DNA of 54,953 bases from a virus. Lineage: Duplodnaviria > Caudoviricetes. Both the position numbers and the translations under genes were made by a program. The stretch spans positions 1 to 54,953 of the IMG/VR virus record IMGVR_UViG_3300037785_000110; one strand, written 5' to 3'. Below, one piece after another: positions 45,201 to 54,200 of this stretch. How positions within the stretch are numbered: the first letter of the stretch is position 1; each line of letters begins with the position of its first letter. Under the pieces are notes generated by a model, which saw nothing but the letters and a program-made list of their open reading frames with translations, was not told the origin of the DNA and ran no database searches.

Positions 45201-48200
45201 CTCGGTAACCCGGTCCCGAATGTCTCGACGCGGCAGGTCGGCACGACGCCGCAGGAGGCGCGTGATCAAGCCCGCGCTCGCCGTGAGGCGCAGTCCGGCC
45301 CCAAGGCGTCGCCCGCGGCCCGGCGCGCGCTCGACACGCTGAGCAAGGAAGAGCGCGCCCGGCTCGACGACATCAACAAGCGCCTGGCGGACAAGCTGCG
45401 GAACCAGACCAACAGCGGTCTGGACCCCGAACTGGTGTCGCTGGCAGTCGAGAGCGCCACGCTCTACGTCAAGGCCGGGGTGCGCCGCTTCCGCGAGTAC
45501 ATCACCGCCCTGGCCGATGCCACGGGCCTGCCCATTCAGACGCTTGGGAGATATGCCCGCATCGCGTACAATGACGTCCGCGACGAGATGGAGGCCAATG
45601 GCGAGGCCGTCGCCGACATGGACGACAGCCGCGCCGTGATCCAGGAACTCGCCCGGCTGAACCGCGAGGAGCGCGACAATGCACCAGGCACCGGCGGCGA
45701 TCTGGAACAGGATCGCGGAGACGCAGGACCTCAAGACGGACTGGGCGCAGCAGATGTTCCCGCTGCCGCCGGACGAGATGTCGAAGGCGCTGGACCGGGA
45801 GGAGGCGCGGATCGCCAAGGCGGTGGGCGGCGACGCACTGGTGGCGGCGGCGTATCTGCGGGTGATGCCGCTGGTCTGGGAAGCGGACGCGATCGAGGGA
45901 CTGGCGCGGATCGACGGGCCGAACCCGGCGCTTCCGCTGATCAGGACCGCGCAGGAAGCCGTGATCGTCGCCAGCAACGACTACCCGATGACGAAGGCAC
46001 AGCAGCAGACACTGCACGGGCTGCTTCGGACGCACCCGGACAAGGAGACCGGGCGCGGCAGCAAGCAGAAGCAGACCGCCTGACCGTCAAGCCGGGCGAC
46101 GAGGCCAACGTTCGCGCCACGCTGCCCCTGCTTCTTCCCGAGCAACAGGACGACGTGCTCAAGGTCGAGCGGCGCTTCGCCAAGCCGGACGGCTTTGGCA
46201 TGCTGCTGACCAACAGCACCGGGACCGGGAAGACGTACTCCGCCGGCGGGGTCATCAAGCGCTTCGCTCAGCAGGGCAAGACCAACGTCCTGATCCTCGC
46301 GCCGTCGCAGGGCATCCTCGACGCCTGGGTCGGCATGGGCAAGGATCTCGGGCTCGACATCACCAAGCTGGCCGACACCGGCACCGCAGGTGATGGGATC
46401 GTGGCAACGACCTACGCCAACGCCGCGGCCAACGATGCCCTCGCCAAGCGCGAGTGGGACCTGATCGTGCCGGACGAGGCGCACAACCTGTCCTCGAACC
46501 AGGCCGGTGAGCAGACCGGCGCGCTGAAAGCGCTCCGGGCGGTGTCGAACCATCCGGACGGGCGGTACACCAAGGCCAAAATGCTGCTGGCCGACGAGTG
46601 GGCGAAGGCCGAGGCCATGCCGCCCGGCAAGCCACAGGATGCGGTAAAGCAGGCACTGTGGACCAAGACCCGCGACCTGGCCGACAGCCTCAAGGCCCGG
46701 GGCCGGTCCCGCGTCCTGTTCCTGTCTGCGACGCCCTTCGCCTACGACAAGAACACCGACTATGCCGAGGGCTACCTCTTCCAGTACGGGGAGGATGGCG
46801 TCACGGATTCCGGGTCGCGCCAGTCCGGGCGCAACCTCTTCATGGTGCAGAACTTCGGCTACCGCATCCGCTACCACAAGCTGACCCAGCCCGAGGCGGC
46901 GGTGGATCGCGGCGTGTTCGAGCGCGAGTTTCACGAACGCCTCAAGCGTGAAGGGTCTCTGTCGGGCCGGTCGCTGTCGGTCGAGGCCGACTATGACCGC
47001 CGGTTCTCGGCCGTGGACAGCACCATCGGCAATGACATCGACCGGGCACTGGAATACCTGCGCAACAAGCAGAGCGAGAAGGGCGCGGGCGAGGGCTGGC
47101 GCCAGGTCAACAAGCTGGTGACGCGGCACTTCGGCTATCTCGAGCGCATGCAGCTCCTCGAGGCGATCAAGGCCGAGAAGGCGATCCCGGACATTCGCAA
47201 GCACCTCGACATGGGCCGCAAGGTCGTCGTCTTCCACGACTTCAATGTGGGCGGTGGTCGGTCCCCGTTCTCTCTGCCGATCGGAGACGGGGAGCTGGGC
47301 TACGGCGAGTTCACGACGTTCCTCGCTGAAAACCCCTATGTGACCAAGCTGGATTTCTCGGGCCTGGCCGCGCCGAAGGAACAGATCAAGGCGGCGTTCG
47401 GGACGCGGGCGAGGGAGTACAATGGCACGGTGCCGAACCGCGAGCGCGCGGCGGCCAAGGAGGCCTTCAACCGTGATGGCTCCGGTGTCGACGTGCTGAT
47501 CGTGCAGTCCGCCGCAGGCGAGGCGGGCATCTCCCTGCACGACACCAGCGGCAAGCACCAGCGCGCCCTGATCAACCTCGGGATGCCGACGCGGCCGGTC
47601 ACGACCTTGCAGCAGGAAGGCCGCATCCGGCGGGTGGGGTCCGTCTCGGACGCCATCTTCCGCTACTACACCATCGGCACGACCTGGGAGCGTGAGGCCT
47701 TCGCCCGCAAGATCGCCGAGAAGAGCGGCACGGTCGAAAACCTGGCCCTGGGCAACGAAGCCCGGGCAATCCGCGAGTCCTTCATCGAAGCCTACACCGA
47801 GGCCGACCGGCATCCGCCGGGCATGGAGGGCGAGGGCAAGGGCGGCAAGGACCGGGACCGCAGCGTTGCCCTCACGTCGCCCTACGAGCAGGCCAAGACG
47901 CACTACTTCGCCCGGCAGAAGAACACCCGCAACCGGCAGTCCCGGCAGGGCATCGACTTCTATGCGACCCCCGAGCCGCTGGGCTTCAAGATGGTCGGAT
48001 GGGCCGGCGCGCGCGAGTACGAGAAGGTCCTCGAGCCGTCGGCGGGCGATGGAGCGATCGCGCGCTACTTCCCCGAGAACACCGATCGGACCATCATCGA
48101 GCCTTCGGCAGACCTCGCATCGCAGGCCCAGCTGCGCACGGCCGGCGCGCGGTCCGTCACCGGCACCTTCGAGGGCTACCACATCAACAACAAGCACGAC

Positions 48201-51200
48201 GTGATCGTGATGAACCCGCCGTTCGGGAACGGCGGGAAGACGGCCTATGAGCATGTCGCCAAGGCGATGAAGCACCTCCGCCCGGGTGGGCGGATCGTGG
48301 CCCTGGTGCCCCGCGGTCCGGCGGCCGACAAGAACATGGCCAAGCTGCTCGATCCCGAAATGGTGAAGGTGGACGAATGGCACCTGACCGCGTCGGTAGA
48401 GCTTCCGCCGGTGGCGTTCGAGAAGGCCGGGACCAGCGTGCGCACCTACGTCATGGTTCTCGACCGCACCATGGAGCCGGTCGACGCGCCCACGCGCCGG
48501 ATCAACATGACCGGGGCCGAGAGCATTGCCGAGTTCTTCGAGCGCCTGGAAGGGATCGACGTCCCGGCCCGGCCTGCGGCCCTGGTGGAGCCCGGGGCCA
48601 TCGCCGAGATGTCGAACGCGGCCGACGAGGCCGCCCTGACCATCCAGATCCCGGAGGTGGCGGCGGCGGCCGACGGCTTCGACACCTTCGACTTCGCCCA
48701 CAGCCAGACCGGGGAGCGCAAGTACGGCGCCAACGCCAAGGAGCGCGTCACCCGCGAGCAGTACGACGCGATGAAGGAGGTGGCTCGCCAGCACGGCGGC
48801 TACTGGTCGCGCTACCAGAACGCCGCTCAGGGGGCCAAGCGCGGCTTCCTGTTCCCGTCGGCGGACGACCGGGACGCCTTTGTGGACGCCATGACGCGCC
48901 CGACGGCGGTCAAGGAGCAGCGCCGCCTGACGATGCAGGACGACGACAATGCGACCGAGGGCGTCTTCTACAGCCCGCTCCTGCGGGCGGTGCAGGGGGC
49001 GAAGCAGACCAAGGCCCCGGCGGGCGACTGGAAGGCCATCCTGTCGAAGATGCCGGGCGTCAAGCAGGTGGAGATCGAGTGGATCGGGGTCTACGACTGG
49101 CTCGACAGCCAGGAGGGCGCGCAGGTCCCGCGCGCGGCGCTCGAACAGTTCATCCGAGATGGGCAGATCGACCTGGTCGAGGAGGTGCTGGGAGACCGCA
49201 TGTCCTATCTGTCCGACGCATTTGACTCCGCCCGGGAAGACGAGATGTTCGAGGGGTGGACGGATGCAGAGATCGAGGAACAAATCCTCGCGGATGCCGA
49301 GGCCGAAGGCAGTTACGAACCGCCTCGCTTCGAGGAATACACCGAGCGCGGCGGCGAGAACTACCGCGAGGTCCTGATCCGGGTGCCGAACCTGCACGAG
49401 ACGGGGAAGAACCTCCCCGATCCGACATATGACCGCGCAGCGCAGGAGCGCGACCGCAAGCGCATGGAAGAAATCTATGCCGAAAACGGCGTCTCCACAT
49501 CTGACATGCAGGCAGTTCTGCGGCTGAACCGTGAGAACGACGAGCTTCGCCAGATCAATGATCGACTCGTGCAGCGCGACATGAACGATCGTGGCAAAAG
49601 CCCCTTCGTCCAGTCCGCCCACTTCGTGCAGGAGAACATCGTCGTTCACGCCCGGCTGAAAGATCGCTCCGGCCCGAACGGTGAGCGCATCCTGTTCGTG
49701 GAGGAGATCCAGTCCGATCTGGCGTCGAAATGGCGCGAGAACACCGAGAGCCCAGAGGTGACGGCCCGGCGGCGGGAGTTGGAGGCTGAAGCGTCGACGT
49801 TGCAGCGCGAGAACGAGCGCACGCTGGCTCGGGTGCAGCGGCGAGCCGAGCGGACCGGCAAATGGGATGCGGATTGGTCGATCGTGGCCGCCGCGCAGGC
49901 CATCGAAGAAGCTATCGGAATTGTGCGTGGCGACGAGAGCCCAAGGCGCGCCAGCGACCCCATCCGCAGAAGCGGCATTGTCAATGAAATGACCGGGCCG
50001 GAATGGGCTGATTTGCGCGAGGAAGTACAGGCGCAGTTTGACCGAGACAAAGAGCTTCGAGATGCAAGGCTCGCCCTCGGCACCGAGCGCAGCATGGACC
50101 CCAGCACACCTGACACCCCGTTCAAGGAGGAACACACCTACGCGCTGATGGTGAAGCGGCTTCTGCGCATGGCGGCGGAGCAGGGCTATGACCGGCTCGC
50201 CTGGACGCCGGGCTACATGCAGGCCGAGCGGTGGAACAACGCCGCGCAGAGCGTGGTGGAGGAGGTGGAGTGGTATTCGCCTGACCAGGTGGCGCTGGCT
50301 CAATATCGCTATGTCGACCTCACCATGTCCGACGGCGGCCGCACAATCAGCACGTCCGTCACGCCGCAGGGCGTGATCGAAGGCGCGGCGGGGAACGATA
50401 TGCTGGAAGGAAAGGCGCTGTCCGCGCTGATCGGCCCCAGCCTCGCCCGACAGATCATGTCCGAGCCTTCCGGCTCCATCACCGGCCAGAAGATCACCTT
50501 CCCGGACTCGGGCTATGCCATCGCCTACGATCAGCAGATCAAGCGCTCGGTCGACCGGATTGCCAAGGGCACCGGGGCGCGGGTGGAGCAGGCGCGGGAT
50601 ATGCCGGATTTCTCTCGCACTGTTGACGAGGATATGCTGGCGCCAGTTGTGGCAAACCTTACGCCAGAGCAAGCGCTGCAGGTCGCTGTTGATGGCGTAG
50701 AGGAATCGGCTCAGACCGTCTCTTTGTGGAAGGCGAAGATCGCAAAAGATGGACCACGCGCCCTCCTGTCCATCCGCCCGCGCAGGCTTGCCGAGCGCCT
50801 TGAGCGAATGGGAATCGCAATCCCCGGCAACCCCGTCTGGTCCATCACGATCACGCCCGAACTGCGTGAGAAGGCACTGGCCCCGCAGCCGATCCTGCAG
50901 AAGCCTGCCTTCGGCGCGCAGAACGCCACGATCATGGACGAGGCCACGGTGCGCGAGCTTCTGCCGGGTTTCCGTGAGCGCCTCGAGCGCGTCGGGCTTG
51001 GCCGGGTGCGCCTGGGCATCGACCTGACCGGCCAGCGCCAGGGGGCCATGCTGGTGAACCGCATGGGGGCCATCGACATCTTGATCGGGGCCAGCCTCAA
51101 TCCGAAGGCGACACTCTATCACGAGGTGATCCACGCGCTTCGGGTCGGCAACCTGTTCTCCGATGCGGAGTGGTCGCGCCTGTCCAAGCGTGCCGAGGAA

Positions 51201-54200
51201 ACCTGGATTGCCAAGCACCAGATCGAGGAGCGCTACCCGGACCTGACCCGCGAGGAGCAGATCGAAGAGGCGATCGCCGAGGAGTTCGGCGTCTGGGCCG
51301 CGGGCCGGGACGACAACCCGGGCGGCATCCGGCTGACCTTCGACAAGATCAAGCGGTTTCTCAAGGCCATCGCGGAAGCCCTGACGTCGCGCGGGTTTTT
51401 CACTGCCGATGACGTGTTCGGGAAGGTTCTGTCCGGCGAGGTCGGGCGCCGTCACGCCGGCAACACCGGCTCCCGCCGCCGCATGTTCCCGATCGGCCTG
51501 GAAGGCATGCCCGACGAGGCGGTGGCCGCGCAGCGCGATCAGACGCTCGACAGCCCCCAGAGCCCGCAGTTCAAGCGGTGGTTCGGCGACAGCAAAGTGG
51601 TCGGCTCCGACGGCGCGCCGCTGGTGGTTTACCATGGGACCAACGCGGATTTCGAGGCCTTCGACCCAAAGAAAGTCGGCAGCACCTTTAACGACGACAA
51701 GAAAGGATTCTTCTTCACGAACAGCACTGGCGAAGACATGGCCAGTGGCTACGCCACGATGGAAGGTGCGCGCGACGGAGGAAACATTATTGCTGCGTAC
51801 GTAGCGCTGCAGAATCCATACACCACCAGAGATTACCTCTTCGGCATCGGCTACAGTGACGCAGAACTAGACGCCATGACACCTGTCGAGATGTCTCGTG
51901 AAGCCCTAGACGGGCGCGGCGTCGTCGGCTGGTGGGACTACATGAAGAGAAGCTTGATGCCAGACATTGAGCGAGGTGGCTTTGATGGCGTTCTGTTAGA
52001 AGATTTTGACATGAACGTCCGGGGCGAACCCGAGAAGCTTGTGGTCGCCTTCCGGCCTGAGCAGGTCAAGTCGATCTTCAACCAGGGCACTTTCAACCCC
52101 GACACCGCGATCATGCGCGAGCAGCGCCCGGCGCGCGCGGTGCGTCGTCTCTCCGCCGCCGGCCGCCAGAAGGTCGCGCAGTCCACCAACACCTCGCACA
52201 TTCCGGATCGGCGCGTCTTCGACGAGCTCGCCCGGCGCAATGTCTCTGTGCTGGACCGGATCGGCGGGGCGCGAGGCGCGATCATGGACCGGATCGACCG
52301 GACGCGGATCGTGCTGCAGGACCGGATGCTTCCACTGCTCCGCGCCGAAGAGGGCATCACGGCAACGACCGGCGACAAGATCGACCGGGCGGACTCGGCT
52401 TACTTCGCCGAGGAGCGCTATTCCGGGCGCGTCGGCGCGCGGCTGGATGCCATCGACGAGCAGTTCACGAAGCCGATCATCGGCCTGATTGCCGATGCCA
52501 GCAACAGCAAGGCAGGGGCCATCACGCTCACCGACAAGGATGGCCGCACCCGGACCGGGGCTGATGCCGCTGGGATCTGGCTGGCGGCCCGGCACGCTAA
52601 GGAGCGCAACGCGCGGATCGCGGCCATCAACCCGAACATGCCCGACGGCGGCGCCGGGATGACCAATGCCGAAGCCGATGCCATCCTCTCCGAGGCAGCG
52701 TCGAGCCCGCACGCTGATCGGCTGCGGAAGATCGGTGTCCTGACAGACCGGCTCGGTCGCCAGATGATCGACTTGCGCGAGCAGGCCGGGCTGCTGACCG
52801 GCGATGAAGCCGACACCTGGCGGCGCATGTACCAGCACTATGTCCCGCTGCGCGGCTTCTCCGAGACGGAGATGTATGACCTGGTGGTCAACGAGTATTC
52901 CGGGATCGGCCGGCGCTACACCGTGCGCGGCCCGGAAACCCAGCGCGCCCTGGGGCGGACGTCGGAGGCCTTCAACCCGTTGGCGACCATTCTGACCATG
53001 GCTCAGGAGGTGTCCATCCGGGCAGAGAAGAACCTGGTCGGGCAGGCGGTCGTGCGACTGGCGCAGCGCTACCCGAACCCGGCCATGTGGGAGGTCTCGA
53101 AGCCGGAAACCCAGCGCTTCTACAACCGCAAGTCCGGCTACGTCGAGAGCCGCGTGGTCGGGCCGACGGCGCGCCCGATGGGCCCGAACGAGATGGCCGT
53201 GAAGATCGACGGTGTCGAACACCGGCTGACCCTCAAGGACCCGCGTCTTGCCTCGGCACTGGGCCAACTGGGCAGCGAGCAGATGGGCGTCTTCATGCGC
53301 GTCATGTCCGGCTTCTCGCGGTACTTCTCCGCCATCAACACCATGCTCTCGCCGCCGTTCATCATCGTGAACGCCTTCCGCGACATGGTGACCGCACAGG
53401 TCAACATGGGCGAGCAGGTGCCCAAGGGCATGCAGGCTCGCGTCCGAAAGGCGGCCCTCGGCAACTGGGGCCGGGCGTTCCTTGGCGCGTACAAGGGTAT
53501 GGGTGGCAAGGCCAACACCCAGTGGGCACAGCACTTCAAGGAGTTCGAGGCCAGCGGCGCCAAGGTGTCGTTCTGGAAGATCGAGACGCCGGAGCTGATG
53601 GGGGCCGACCTCGAGCGGCGCATCGGCCTTGCGTCCGGGACCAAGCTGGGAAGCAAGCTGCGTCGGCTGGTACGACCGTCGACGCGCGACAACCCGGCGC
53701 TGGCATGGATCGAGCGCGTGAACCTCTCGGTCGACAACGCGGTGCGCCTGGCGTCCTTCGTCGAGGCCCGAGCCGCAGGCATGTCGATCGAGGACGCCGC
53801 GTCGCTCTCGAAGAACCTGACGGTCAACTTCAACCGCCGCGGCGAGATTGGCGCGCAGATGAACGCGCTCTTCCCGTTCGCCAATGCCGCGATCCAAGGC
53901 TCCCAGGTCCTGATCAAGGCCATGGGGTCGCGCCAGGTGAAGGCGACCGTGGTCGGCATGGTCCTCTTCGGCATCGCCAATGACCTGCTGAACGCGATGC
54001 TCTCGGCGCGCGACGACGACGACGAGCTCGAATACGACCAGATCCCCAACTACATCTTGGCCCGGAACCTGGTGCTGGCGACCCCGTGGGACGAGACCTT
54101 CGCCACCGTGCCGCTGCCCTACGGCTACAACGCCTTCTTCTATCTCGGGAACCGGATCGGGAAGGTGATGCGCGGCGTGGTGCCGGCAGATCGCGCGGTC

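Noticed and set aside
45981-51635. 1884-aa minus-strand ORF (also 41520-45977, 22933-24897, 25562-27679 and similar)
   Set aside because: Antisense shadows of GC3-rich genes, with no motifs or RBS and composition typical of reverse-frame reading.
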